Assembly: GCF_009914755.1 (NCBI RefSeq) | Contig: NC_060934.1 | Direction: 5' to 3' (one strand) | Length of the DNA: 64,000 bases | From: the human T2T-CHM13v2.0 reference genome, Homo sapiens | In this document: one piece after another, positions 18,781-35,720 of the stretch | Position numbering within the stretch: position 1 is the stretch's first letter | Layout of the letters: every line of letters begins with the position of its first letter | The notes under the pieces: model-generated | What the model saw: the letters and a program-made list of their open reading frames with translations, nothing else | Database searches by the model: none | Told to the model about the DNA's origin: nothing | Made by a program: the position numbers and the translations under genes

Positions 18781-19626
18781 AAACACTGCATTTTTAGAGG
18801 TTTCCTAATAGTTTGAACAAATCCCTAAACAAACCCCCCAAAATATAATTAAACCTATGTGTGAATGAAATGGCTATCTTTGAGCAGACGTTACTCTGGT
18901 GCCGTAGGCTGCTCTATAAGGAAGCATGTCAGGCAGTGTTTTGAGTCACTGAAAATTAATATTACAACCAGACAACCATGTAACATATATATAAGAACTC
19001 TGCCTTCTTGGAGCAGAGGAAATGGGCTGAGAAAGGCTGCAGGGCAGCAAGAGAAGCATGTTAATTCTAGGGGAGGAGACTGATGAACAAAATGCAGGAA
19101 TAAGAGAGTTGGAGTTTCCTATGCTCCCCATTATGAAAGTCTCAAGAGTTCTCCACAAAGAACAAGGAGCCACAGCTATTATTAACACAGTTCACATAAC
19201 TATAATGTGAAGTGGAGTTTTCTCCTGGTAAACACCTGGAGATAAAGCTAGGAACAAGAAATCTCACCTGGTCTATATGTAATGACATTCCTTTATCAAT
19301 TCTTTTAAATTTGTTAAGGTGTATTTTGTGGCTCAGAATGTGGTCTATTTTGGTGAATGTTCTGTGTGACCTTGATTAGAATGTGCATTCTGCTGTTGTT
19401 GGATGAAGCTGTCTATAGACGTCAGTTATACCCAGTTGATTGATGGTGTTGAATTCAGCTATGTCCTTACTGATTTTCTGCCTGCTGGATCTGTCCATTT
19501 CTTACAGAGCGAGTTGGAGTCTTCAACTGTAATGGTGGATTCATCTATTTTTCCTTCAGTTCTATCACTTTTTCCCTCCTGTAGTTTGCTGTTCTGTTGG
19601 TAGGTGCATACACATTAAGAATTGTT

Positions 19627-19922
19627 GGCTGGGCACGGTGGCTCATGCTTGTAATCCCAGCACTTCAGGAGGTCAAGGCAGGTGGATCACGAGGTCAGGA
19701 AATCGAGACCATCCTGGCCAACATGGTGAAGCCCCATCTCTACTAAAAATACAAAAATTAGCTGGGTGTGGTGGCGTGCGCCTGTAATCCCAGCTACTTG
19801 GGGAGGCTGAGGCAGGAGACTTGCTTGAACCCAGGAGGTGGAGACTGCAGTGAGCCGAGGTCACGCCATGGCACTCCAGCCAGGGCAACAAGAGTGAAAC
19901 ACCATCTCAAAAAAAAAAAAAA
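19627..19922 (+). mobile_element. Alu (S-like)
   Basis: Alu consensus with A-tail. Confidence 0.93.
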
Positions 19923-20265
19923 TTTTATTATGTCTTCTTGGAGAACTGTCCCTTTTATCATTATGTAATGCCCCTCTTTCACACTGATAACTTTACTTGC
20001 TGTGAAGTCCTCTGTCTAAAATTAATATAGGTACTCCTGTTTTCTTTTGACTAGTATTAGCAGGGTATATATGTATCTTTTAAGTGGTTTTCTTATTGAC
20101 ACCATATAGTTGAGTCTTGTTTTTTTATCCACTCTGACAATCTCCATTATTTTTGACCATTGATTTTCACAGTGATTGTTGATATAGTTGGATTAACACC
20201 TTTCACTCTTTCTTCTGGCTTTTGTGGTTTCAACTGAGCATTTTATATGATTCCATTTCTCTCCC

Positions 20266-20543
20266 TTTTTTTTTTTTTTTTTTTTGAGACAAAGTCTCAC
20301 TCTATTGCCCAGGCTGGAGTGCAGAGGCTCAATCTTGGCTCACTGACTCAGCCTCCCAGGTCTGGGACTACAGGCAAGCACCACCATGCCCAGTTAATTT
20401 TTTGTATTTTTTGGTAGAGATGGTGTTTCACCATATTGCCCAGGCTGGTCTTGAACTCCTGGACTCAAGCAACCCTCCCGTTTCGGCCTCTTGAAGTGTT
20501 GAGATTACAGGCATTAGCCAGGTAATGAGCCATGGCACCCAGC
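20266..20543 (-). mobile_element. Alu with internal deletion
   Basis: Antisense Alu. Confidence 0.88.
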
Positions 20544-20785
20544 TGTTTTCTCTCCTTTCTTAGCATACCAATTATACTTCTTTTTTTAAAAAACTTCTAG
20601 TGGTTGTCCTAGAGTTTGCAATATATATTTACAGCTAATCCAAGCCCACTTTCAAATAACACTACCAGTTCCTAGATAGTGTGAATGCCTTACAAAAACA
20701 AAATAATCCTAATTATTCCCTCCTGTCTTTTGTATCATCGCTGTCATTCATTTCACTTAAATATAGCATATATAAATATATATGA

Positions 20786-21465
<680 letters not shown>

Positions 21466-21637
21466 CATATGTATATGTATACTGTATATATATGTATTAT
21501 GTGTTTATATCCCATAGGCACAGATAAGATATATACATAAGCATATATAATCAAATTGTTGCCATTATTGTTTTGAACAAATTGTTATCTGTTTGATCAA
21601 CTAATAATAAGAAAAATAAGTTTTTATTTTACCTTGT

Positions 21638-21862
<225 letters not shown>

Positions 21863-24800
21863 TTTTTCACCTTTTCTTATTCCGTCTTTGTTGTTCTTCC
21901 TTTCTCTATGTAGATCCAAGTTTCTGACCTATATTATTTTTCTCTTCTCTAAAGAATTTATTTTAACATTTCTTGCAAGGCAGTTCTGCTGGCAACATAT
22001 TTCCCTCAATTTCTGTTTGTCTGAGAAAAGTCTTTATTTCTCCTTTACTTTTGAAGGATAATTTTACAGGATACAGGAATCTAGGTTGGTGGTTATTTTT
22101 CCTTACAGCTTTAAATATTTCACTGTCTCCTGGCTTGCATGGTGCCTGAAGAGAAGTCCAGTGTAATTCTTACTTTTGTTGCCCTATAGGTAAGGTTTTT
22201 CTCCCCACCACCGGTGTCTTTCAGGATTTTTTTATCTTTGATCTATTGTAGTTTGAAAATTCAAACTACAATTTCTCCAATTTTTCCATATGCCTCAGGG
22301 CAATTTTTTTGGCATTTATCCCTCTTAATGGTTTCTGAGTTTCCTGAATCTGTGGTTTGGTATCTGACATCAATTTGGAGGAAATTCTCATTATTATTTT
22401 AAATATTTCTTCTGTTCATTTCTTTCTTCTCCTTCTCGTATTCCTATTTAATATATGTTACACCTTTTGTAGCTGTCCCACAATTCTTTGATATTATATT
22501 CTGTTTTTCTCAGTCTTTGTTCCCTTTGCTTTTTGGTTTTGAGGGTTTATATTGAGATATCCTCAAGCTCAGAGATTCTCTCCTTAGCTGTGTCTATTAA
22601 GAAGCCCAAAGGCATTTCCCAATTCTGCTACAGTGCTTTTTGGTTCTTCCTTAGAATTTTCATCTCTTTGCTTACATTGCCCATTTGCTCCTGCATGCTG
22701 TTTTATCCATTTGAGCCCTTAGCATATTAATCATAGCTGTTTTAAATTCCCTGTCTGATAATTTCAACATCCGTGTCATGCCTTGTTCCAATGCTTGCTT
22801 TGTCTCTTCGAACTGTTTTTTGTCTTTCAGTATGCCTGGTAATTTTTTCTGGATAGACAGGATGTACTGGGTAAAAATGACTGCCATAATAGGCCTTTCG
22901 TAATATGATGGACGGTATGGATGAAGAGGAAGCATTCATTAGTCCTATAATTAGGCCTCCATCGTTTAGTAAGCCTGTACCTTTAGACTATGAACTTCAC
23001 AAGTGTTTCTGTTTTTTCTCCACCCTTTAGTGGGACAGGATGGCTAGAACTGGATGGATATGCCCCTTCCTCCAGGTCAGTTAACCTCTGATAAACCCAA
23101 GGTTAAGTTCTGCTTAAATAGATTCTCCTGAGGGCAGACCTTGTTAGGAAGAACCAAGTGCTCTGGCATATTTCAAAATGCTTCCTTTTTCCTTCCCCTG
23201 CCCAAAGCACAGGGGAATTTTTCTCTGATATTTACTGTGAGCACCTGGTTGAGCTCCTAGACGTAAAACACAGAAACTCTATGACTGGGTCCCCCTGGAG
23301 TTTTTAACTCTCAGACATGTCTACATCTAGCCTCTGTCAGTTTTTCAATTACAGTTCAGGATTTCTGAGGAGGTTTCTCCTCCATATGCTATGATTCTCT
23401 GTGTCTGCCTGTCTGTTTCTCCAATTTTAAGCACAACATTTTGCCCTGTGACTTCACTTCTCTTACACATCCAAGAGGTGTGGTTGAAATTTTCACTTGT
23501 TAGGATAGGATGGTGACTTCCAAGTTCCTCACACGTGGAACCAGGAACCCAAAGCCTCTTTTTTTCTATATATACTACTATAACTACGTTATGGAATATA
23601 TCTGCTTAAAGATTATTAAGAATTGAAATGAACTCTAAACTGTATTGTTTCCTCATTCAATAGGGATACTACTATCTATGTTTCACAGTGTTGAGAAGAT
23701 TAAATAATCCCATGTATGCGAAGTCCTTCAGATAGTCCCTGGCATACAGTAAGAGCGCATACCTACATCACCATGATCAAGATCACCACTGAATGAACCA
23801 TGTCATCTTTACTGTCATGCTCTTTGTTTTATACACAAAATCTGACAACACTAGTATTACATGAGTCTTTCAGAGTCAAAACTCAATATTTGTCCTAAAT
23901 CTAAACTTCATTTAAATCTCACCTCCACCATAGAAAGGATGAAAGTAAGCCACGTTAACACAATTCCTCCTCCCCGTGGCACAGTTTGAGAAATTTCTCC
24001 AAACATATATTAATTATTTTAAATTCAGGAAAATCAACAACTTGGCATGATTTCTAAACAATCGGATGTTCCACTTAATTACCAGATAATTTTAGAACTA
24101 AAATGAAATGATCTAGACCAAACATTCATGGTATAAGGCACATAATGGTTAAGAGGCATGCCCATAGCCGCTCTGCAAGTCAGACTGGCACAAGTCTCCT
24201 GACCACACTATGCCAGGCTATCTTCACTGTAGATGCATCAGGTAACCTACACTACGCAAAAGAGCTTCCATTTCTCATGTTAAATAGTGTGCTATCAAGG
24301 ACCTTCCAGGCTTTCCTTCTTAACAAATATTTTTACACAAAACACTCAATTCTTTTGTTTCCAACAAAACAAAAAGACACTAAAAACACTAGCTTAGGTA
24401 TTTTAGCTCAAATAATATTTCACATAACAGAATTTAAAAATGTTTTATGTGTAAACACTATCAAGTCATTATGTATATCTAAAGCATATAAATTATACAC
24501 ATTCTACAGTAATATTTAACAGTCCTGTATGTTACTAAAAATTCTGAATACCAAAGCAATTAATTGACTCAGATTCCAAAAAGATAACTGTAGAATATAA
24601 GTGGCTTTTTTACTGATGACGTAGTTTATTTTCCAAAACAATTAAAAATAATTCTTATGATGTTCATCTAAGTGTATCATTCACACACTCATCTTCCACC
24701 ATCTAAAACACCAGCCTTCCTTTTCCTAAAATAAATTTATGTTTGGAGAAAAGGTTTTGATAAGAGATTTTTTTTCCAGCCTGGAATTTGATAAGCTGAT

Positions 24801-25495
24801 CAGTTTGAGATAAACTCCAGTTTCACAAACTGGCTAGAAAATTCAATGTCATTCTAGGGACAACATGAATTCTAATATTATCAGCTTTATTTGTATATTC
24901 TCCAATTCTTGTTATATGCAAGTGATAAGAATTCCTTTAAGTTGTCTGCCTCGGCAACCAGGTCCCCTTGGTGAAGGAGTTTGTTAGCCTTGGGTCCTGT
25001 TGCTTCTTTGAGTAGACTCTAAAATGTATCCAGTTCAGGGCAGAAGCTTCCATATCAGGACTTTGCTTGTTGTTGTTTGTTTCTTTGCCCCATTCCCCAC
25101 CCCACCCCTTTAAACCTGTTTATTTTTGCAAATGGAAAACATCAGCGAATCTAAGCTTAAAAGAAAAGAATAGGCAGTTATAAAAACATCTGCCATAACC
25201 AAGATTATTCTATTATCTCCTTCAATTTCCAGGTGCAAAAAGAAATAAACCTCAGCTTTTCTAAATTTCTGTTTCATGTCATTGCATTTTTCAAAAGAAA
25301 CACAAAATATGGAAAGGCTACTACTTGGTTCTTATTAGGAAGAAAACAGAACAAAGCAGGGTTAAAAATAAAACCACAAAATCAAACTAGTAAGATCAAG
25401 AAAGAACTAAAGACAAGCAACAAAGTCTATAATTTCCAAAAAAGATTCACTCTGGAATATTTTTCTTCACTTCTCTTTAGAAAGTTGTCAAAGTT

Positions 25496-25814
<319 letters not shown>

Positions 25815-26121
25815 TCAGAACAATAAATATAGCTTTTTTTAAACAACAGTTTTTCTTATTTACATACAATGACATGTTTTATGGAAAAGCAGAGAATAAA
25901 ACATGGACAGGGAAAAAAATAGTTCCTAAAATGCTTCTTTTAAAATTTCAGTTACAGTTGAAACTTCATAAGGAGTACTCCTTCCCATTCTGGAATTTCA
26001 CTTCATAGAAGCGGCTGTTTCTTCTAATTTGTATTACTATATCTCAAAATAACCCCTTCTCCTACCTTCCTACCTTCCTTCCCTCCTTCCTTCCCTCCTC
26101 TTGCCTCCCACTCTCCCTTCC

Positions 26122-26408
26122 TGTTTTGTTTAAGGGACAGGGTTTCCATCACCCCAGCTGGAGTACAGTGGCAAGATCATAGCTCACAGCAGCCTTGACC
26201 TCCTGGGCTGAAGCAATCCTCCTACCTCAGCTTCCTAAGTAGCTGGGACTACAGGCACGAGCCACCATACCAAATTAATTTTTAAATTTTTTTTTAGAGA
26301 TGAGATCTCACTACTTTGCCCAAGCTGGTCTTGAACTCCTGGGCTCAAGCAATCCTGCCTTGACCTCCCAAAGTGTTGGGATTACAGGCGTGAGCCATGG
26401 CACCCAGC
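26122..26408 (-). mobile_element. Alu (J-like) next to a (CCTT)n tract (~26060-26120)
   Basis: Antisense Alu. Confidence 0.88.
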
Positions 26409-29239
26409 TATTCTATTACTTGTGGGGGTTTTTGTTGTTGTTCTTAATATTGTCTTTTGACTTTTTCCTATGGAAAATCAAAATTTCTTACCTACCCACC
26501 CCCACCAAACAAGCAAACCATTTTACTTCCCCCCAATTATAGTTACAGCATAATGAATCAACTTTCTATGATTCATAATTACAACCATAAATCTGCACAG
26601 CTAAGCCACATAGGGCTCTATAAGTTTTCCCAGATATTTTATTTTGTTTGTTTTTTTTCTGTCTCTATCTTGAATTGATTCACACACTCTCCAAAGCAAA
26701 CCTCCAACCTTCTGAGGGGTTGGGGAAAGGTAGCTGCCCAGCTCTGAAAGGGGAAGGAGGTAACCTGGAAGCCCAAAGCCTTTCAAGTAATTCTTTGAAT
26801 GTCAGTGCCACTTTGCACTCCCTGTTTTAGAGGTTTCTGCTTCCTACAAATTCCTGTGGCTTTCTGGGGTTCTGCAGAGAGAAGTGGCTTTTTTGGCTGG
26901 CTCCCTACCCAAGGTCTTGGGTTTCCATCTTATTCGTGCTATTAAATCAGTTATCTCTCATTTGCTTTCCTGATCTTCCATCTCCGTTGACATCTTTTGT
27001 CTGTTGCCATTTCTTCTGCCATTCTTCTTGTTCTTTTTAATCCTTTAATATCCTTTTAGTGTGATTTATAGAGGGAACATAAATAAATGCATCTGTTCAA
27101 TCCACCATGTTTAACCGGAAGCCTTTGTGCTGACTGTTTGTAAAGAATGACTGGGTATTTTTTAATATCATCACACCCATTTCTCTTTTGTCTATTCAAA
27201 GTTATCTGCAGGTAAGTCTGATTAACTAATTACAATGGATTTTTTTTTAAGTGGGGACAACACTTAGTCCTAAGCAAGACTGTAAAGCTGATGAGATTCA
27301 CATCTAATGCTTTTAGCTTCCCCATTCTTTTGCCATTTTCCCCACTTGAAGGCACCCTTCTCCAATATCCATTATCTTCATGGTCCCTCCAGAAACTAGA
27401 TGGGGTAGTGGGGTGTGGGGAACAAATGTGCCTGGGAACTTATTCATACTAGAATGTAAATGATTGACAGCATTATAGGTACTTCCCAGTATATAAAAAC
27501 AATGCAACTCCTCAGCTGAAATTAAGATAAACTGGAATTTCCAAAGATGTGTTTTAGAAACTTTCTCTGGGAGTAGAAATGTATTGGGAGGAGTGAAGTA
27601 GAGGAAAATGAGCAAGAAGGGACAAAGAAAATGAAATGGCAATGAAAAACAGAGATGAGAGTTTGGCGGTAATGACCAATTTCAAGAGATTTTTTTTCCT
27701 TCCTATACATGCAAATCTTGAAAATGCCAGGGTAAAAACATTAAGAAAACAAAGTTCTATGGACTTCGGAAGTTATAACAAGATATATGGCACTGGGAAA
27801 ATGTAAATATCTTAAAATTTCTTTTATGCCTGGTGAACAAAATTATAAAAACGTGTCCCAAATTCCATTTATGCTCCTAATATTAATTAGTGGCCTCACT
27901 TTTCTGATGAATGACATTAGTAGCCAGAACAATCAGATTTCAGATCAGAGAAGTTTTTTTGACTACTCCAGCAAGAATGTAAAGGGAAAGAAGCCATTAT
28001 TTACCAGAAAAATAGCATCTTTTTTGACATGACAATCAAGGAACTCTAGTGGCTACTGGAAATGATGACTGGGCCTTTCTAGGTACATGATCTCTAAGGG
28101 GCTTTGGCCAGCACAAGCAGAGAATGAAGCTCTCTTCAGAAAAAAAAAGAAACACTTCTGCATCAGCCTTACTGAGCTTCTTAAAGTATGTTTAGATATA
28201 CATGGGCAGGAATTCTAATTTGCTCATCCTTAAAACAAAGAGATTGGCTTAGGGTTGTTGTTCCCAGTGCAGGCGTGTTAAGCGACTTCCCTCTGTCATT
28301 CAATTTCCACCAGTCCACAGCATAGCAAGAAAATAAGGACCATGTAACAGCTGTCCATGAAGCCAACTTTTCTCAATTTAAACAATTGTCCTCTATTTTG
28401 AAATTGAGTCCCACCTTTTATGAAAGAGTGATGAAAATGGACAGCAGTTTTTCTTTACTTCCTCCTTCTCCTCTCCCTGCTGTTAAATCTTAATTAGCAA
28501 AATTTAAAACTTAAAGGATTTCCATTGGACACCAACATTTAAAAGATTTTAAAAATGCAAACACATGCTGATCAATGATAGCTAAAGCTTCTGCCAATAT
28601 TGATGCAAATTAACTCAAAACAGTCCTCCAGTTTTTTTTACACCAGAGAATCTCAACATAGTTCTTTTAAACCTCAGTCTTTCTCTTACACTGTTAAACC
28701 TCTATGTTGGTCTATGTTTAAATTATGGAGAAAAACCATTTAAAATGCATCAAATACTCAATTGAAGGTCAACATTGGTAGTTCTAGGGTCCACCTAGAT
28801 GCTTAATGATGGCAGACTAGTTTAGAGGAAAGCTACAGGAATTGTCTTTAAAATGAAATTACACAGTAACCACACTTTGCTTAAATTGTATGTTACAGAT
28901 TAATGGTGATAGCAGTAATAGATCTCTAAAGACATTTTTATTCATTCTCTCTATTCGATTAAGAAAATGTCTATCACCCATAACAAAGAAGAAAAATAAG
29001 TATATGAAATCACTTTAATACGCAAGTGAATATAGTGATGCTTTCACTGGCTTTTTCATGTTGTTTTATGTGTGTGTGTCCCCCTCCCCTATCCCCTGTC
29101 TGGTATTGAAGCAAGTTCTCCCTGGCTAATGACATCAAGCTAATCTCAATAAGGGTTGGTAGATCTAGTGTCAGTGCTTGATAAGAACAGGCATTTTATA
29201 AGTCTTTAATCTTAAAGATCATGTTTACTCTAAAAGTAC

Positions 29240-29430
29240 TAAATGAGGGCTCAGAGACTTGAGCCGCTCTTCGGGCTCTGTGATTCACCTTGGACAAAAT
29301 AACTTCACCTCTTTGCGCCCTCAGTTTCCTGGTCTATAAATACAGAGAATAATATCTCAGTAGATCCTCAAGACACTCGTGAGGTAGATGTCAGGAAAAT
29401 TCTTTGAAAAATGTGAAGCATAAAGTGTTT
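29240..29430 (+). mobile_element. MIR fragment
   Basis: accttggacaa...cttcacctct...cctcagtttcctggtctataaa core. Confidence 0.7.
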
Positions 29431-30489
29431 AAAAGGTATTTAAAATATTTAAAGGTATGCTCAGATTCAATAAATATCATTTCCTGACTTAGGACTTCCA
29501 GAATATATCCTTATTTGTGTACAGCATTCAATTCAAATGCCATAAATTACTATGAATTTTTATTCCTTCATGTACAACCACTAGCTTTTCCATTTACTCC
29601 CAGTTACTTATATCTCCACCAACCTAGTGACCTCCACCAACCCAGAAACCACAGACAAAAGTCTGTGCTTTATAAAAATGGCTCCATGAGGCAATTCTTT
29701 ATGATGGTTAATGAAAGTCTATGTTGCTCTACAAATGCCACTAAAAGTTCTTATCTAACTTTTCTATGGAATTTCTTTTCCTAGTCCATTGCTCAGTTTA
29801 CTGTAAGAAACCAAACGATTTCAAGATCCAGAAACCAAATAGAGAGAAGACAGTGATTCATCTGAAGGAATACTAGCAGCTACAAATCCATTAGCAGCTG
29901 GATTTAGGGACCTCCAGCAGTTGGTTTCCCAATATTTCAAGTATGAGAACTCCGTTTTAATGTTCAGATCCCTCCACAACTGAAAATTATATAATGACCA
30001 GAAAAGAAACTATAAAATTAGTAGTGCTTTTGAGTGAATTTGTATTTTTCTAATCATAACAACATCTGTATACGTTTCAGAATTAGCACACAATGATTGG
30101 TAAGCACAGAGTTAGAGAAATTTCGCCAGCTTTTGACTCATAGGATGGCAACCACTGTCTTACAGCTAACTCTAGCCATGTTTTTTGCCTTCCGATAGAA
30201 AATAATGAATTTCCCTCTTAAAATGGGAGAGAATAATAAAAATTCAGAAATTGATGTAGCAAGTTTCTGCCTTACTGGTTGTCTTTTTAAATCTGGGAAT
30301 TGACTAGTTTTTAATCTGAGTGATCTATTGTTAGAAGAAAAAAAAAATCTTTGCAAGTTGTTGAATCTTTTAAAAGTCCTAAGGGGAACGTGTTTACTGT
30401 CTGTGACAGTGGTTCTTAACAATGTCAGATTTAACAACTTTTTTATAATGAATATGCTGTAATGACTCCCTTTGATAGCCTATTTTATC

Positions 30490-31222
<733 letters not shown>

Positions 31223-31500
31223 TATTTGGGAATGAAATTCCTGGGTGATATAATCTAACTACATAAACAATGTTTTAGAAATGAAAATAGCATCTCAATA
31301 GTTTAACAGAGAACTAAAAGGAAAATAATTCATAACATGTATTTCAATATGTAAATGCTCAGATATGACTACACTACAAGATCCATTAAAATAGCCAGAT
31401 CCTTGCATCGACTTAATGATTACATTTTGATTTAAGAAAAAATAAGTCATTCCATAAAAGAGATCTCCTGAAATGAACAGAGGTACAGGAGGACACTAGA

Positions 31501-31550
31501 ACCATAACAAAAAATAGTGCTAGGATAAGTGATAATGCATCAGATTTATT
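31501..31550 (-). terminator. Candidate host polyadenylation signal for EBLN1
   Basis: AATAAA (minus, 31545-31550) followed ~30 nt later by U/GU-rich TATTTTTTGTTATGG; ~385 nt downstream of the stop codon. Confidence 0.6.
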
Positions 31551-31875
31551 TCAACATAATTATAAAAAATAATCAAGACAAATTAGAGAAGAAATACAAT
31601 AACCTTAAAAATGATCTGGGCCTTATCTATTAAGAATAAAATAAAAACTCCCCACGTGACTACAGAAAACATTTCAATTATTTCAAAATTCTACATGTCA
31701 AAGCATATTTTTGGCCTCCAGTACTTAAAAAGACTTTGGAGATCACATCTTTCAGTGGCCAGAGAATATTGGATGGACTCTTTTAAAGAATAAAAGATTA
31801 TAGAGAAGTTGCGATAGATGTCAGAGACAGATCAAGATTGAAAACAATAGGCAACACTCAGATACTATTTTAGAA

Positions 31876-31894
31876 TGTGATTTTCACATAATTT
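31876..31894. repeat. EBLN1 target-site duplication, 3' copy (tgtgattttcacataattt)
   Basis: 18/19 identical direct repeat of 33054-33072; lies just beyond a short A-tract remnant on the minus strand. Confidence 0.88.
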
Positions 31895-31933
31895 CTTTTT
31901 ATATGTATATATAAGGATTAGTTCACGTATTTG

Positions 31934-33072
<1,139 letters not shown>

Positions 33073-33081
33073 TGTACTGTA

Positions 33082-33100
33082 CTAAAAAAATATAGAGAAT
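33082..33100 (-). promoter_or_regulatory. Candidate 3' splice acceptor upstream of the EBLN1 ORF
   Basis: Minus strand reads TTCTCTATATTTTTTTAG|TACAG; exon would begin at 33081, 44 nt before the ATG. Confidence 0.7.
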
Positions 33101-34554
33101 GGCAATACAACAAAATATTTTTAAATTACATTTATTAATAAAATGTATTATGACTTCTGTATCTCATTTACTTCTTAGTAATATTCAGTTTTTTAGTCTA
33201 GTAAAGGAATTTCCAAATCTCCTTAATTACACAACATAATTTTGATTTTCATGCTTCTACACCTAAATGTGCAGCTGCACTAAAATCCTTTCCCCTGTCA
33301 ACTGTGAACACCAGAGCTATGCCTATAGAGAGAAGAGTCAACCACTCATTTCGAGCACAAAATTTAAGGTTTCCTTAAATTTAAACTCAATCATCAAGAT
33401 CAGTAATATTGTAATGTCATCTTTTAAAACATCGAAGTAATGCCAATAAAACCCCCTATAATGAACAAAACAAAACTTCTAACAAAGCCAGGATCCACAG
33501 AAAGAGTTAGTTGTTTGACAATTCTTACGCAATATCTTTATGTCGTTTAAGCTTTCCTCGACATAAGGAATTTTTCCCTAAATAAGGAGCCTTTTTGTGT
33601 AGCTTCTTTTAAAACTTTTCAGTATGCCTTCACACAGAAGGGCTGCTGACTTAGATCTGTATTAAAAGTACTACTGCCATATTTGTCTAGGATATTGCTC
33701 AGGGCATCTTTTGAAACTAGCAGGGCAGGAACATATTTCATTGTGCAGAACCAAATCAAGTTTTGGGGCCATCAGGCAAACCTGGTCCCCTCCTCTAAGT
33801 GTCAGTGATACCCTATATCAAATCATTGTGTCAACCCCAGAATGCCCTCAGGTTTCCAAACTCGCTGGCCAAGTGGGTGCTGCCCAGAGCAACTGGAGAT
33901 AACACTGGAAAGGGAATGGAATCAAAGGAACACAGGTTGTACAGGTCTTTTGAAAACTGTCTTGGACATACATCTAAGGTTGATTTGAATTTTAATTAAG
34001 TCTCACTTAAAGGCTCTCTGGGGTTTTTAAAAATTAAAGAGCTTTTAAGATATAATATTGCATGCCCTGCTTTAAAACCTAGACAGTGATAAAAGCTTAA
34101 AGCTGACGCAATCACCATGCTAATCACAATATTCCATGCAAAAGTTCTCCAATGGAAGGGATATAACATTACATGGTCATTCATTCCTTTCTTTTCTCGT
34201 CTCTTAATGCAATGAAAGGTTATTATGTTTTGTCATGTTCTTAACTGTCTTGTTCCAAATATAGGCTTTTGATTTGGGTGGTAAGTTGTGCATCTCAATA
34301 AATATTTTTCTTTGCATTAATTCACAATAATCCATTTTTATTCCCCGAAAGTCCATTTGGAGGTAGAAAAAGGTGAGATTTATGAAAAGAAATGTTCAAA
34401 ATCTCCACACACTTAAAAACATCCTAAAACTTCATGGATTTTTCTGTGGTTCCCAATTCTGAAAGCACATATAAATTATAGCATTTTTGTTATTTCCTTA
34501 TGTTTACACAAAGACAAAATCTAATAGGTATTAAATCGTGTTAACAAAAAACAA

Positions 34555-34881
34555 TTTTTTTTTTGAGACAGGGTCTCACTTTATCACCCAGGCTGGAGTG
34601 CAGTGGCGCAATCTCAACTCACAGCAGCCTCGACCTCCCTGTTCAAGTGATCCTCCTGCCCCAACCCACAAAGTAGCTGAGACTACAGGTACTTGCCAGT
34701 ATGCCATCTAATTTTTGTTTGTTTTTTGTAGAGATAGAGTTTCGTCACTTTGCCCAGGATGGTCTCGAACTCCTGACCTCAAGTAATCTGGCCTCATCCC
34801 ACGCTACCCCACGCTACCCCACCCCTCCGCCACAGCCTCCCCAAGTGCTGGGATTACAGGTGTGAGCCACTGCACCTGGCC
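34555..34881 (-). mobile_element. Alu with internal 10-bp tandem expansion
   Basis: Antisense Alu containing ccacgctacc repeats at ~34799-34828. Confidence 0.9.
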
Positions 34882-35720
34882 TGAAAACAGTTTAAGGTGA
34901 GCATGTGAGCTTTTCCCTCCATCTGTTTGGCGTGCTAATTAAGTCACTTAAAGCTGCTTGTGTTTTACCATGTCCCTTCTTAATCCCATGTCTCAAACAT
35001 TTAGTTAATCATGCAACTAAACTTAACTAGCAGTTATAATCACAATTATCTGAGCATTCTTTATTGTGAATAGGTATCTTCGGTTACTAAAACCAAAGGT
35101 CTTAACTAAAAACGTCCCCGTATTCTTGATTATTTGGATAATTAGGGGCTAGGGTTGGTGTTCTCAGTGCCATAAACCACAATGTACTGCATATCTCTAA
35201 AGCACTTGGTGGGATGCTGTGGGTACTATAGGATTTTGTGAGTTTTCCAAAATATGTATCAACTACAAAGATGACAGTTAATTTAATTAATAACTTGAAC
35301 TGTCCATTTTTCTGTTGTCCTACAATCTCTATATTAGAATTCAAAAACATTAGAGTAAAACAGAAATGATAAATGATGTATCTTCTGAAATTTCTAAAAT
35401 ATGCAATTTTCAAATGGCCTATGAAAATTTGATCCCTTATCTTATAAAATGCCATAGCAGTAGGATACATATACTAAATAACCTTTTCAATATTTTTTAT
35501 TTGTTTTGTAAATAGAATAAGTCCCTAGTGAGACTCTTTAAACCTAGTTATTAACTTATGTTCAGGACTATTTCATTAGGAAGCTTTTCTTCTCATTTTG
35601 GCTATTTTTGATCCAAGAAACCAGGTCAAATACATAGTTTCTTGAATAATTTCTAGAATGAAAACTGTTGAGAAGTCTTTATACACATACTCTGAGTTTA
35701 GAGCATTAAAATTATAGTAA

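Noticed and set aside
24145-24519. 124-aa ATG ORF in AT-rich unique sequence (similarly 35102-35470)
   Set aside because: No recognisable domain or splice context; length compatible with chance.
33100-34550. Additional bornaviral genes (P, M, G, L) beside EBLN1
   Set aside because: No recognisable ORF or motif; the TSD bounds the insert to the N mRNA alone.
34799-34830. ccacgctacc tandem repeat
   Set aside because: Short slippage duplication inside an Alu; no evidence of function.
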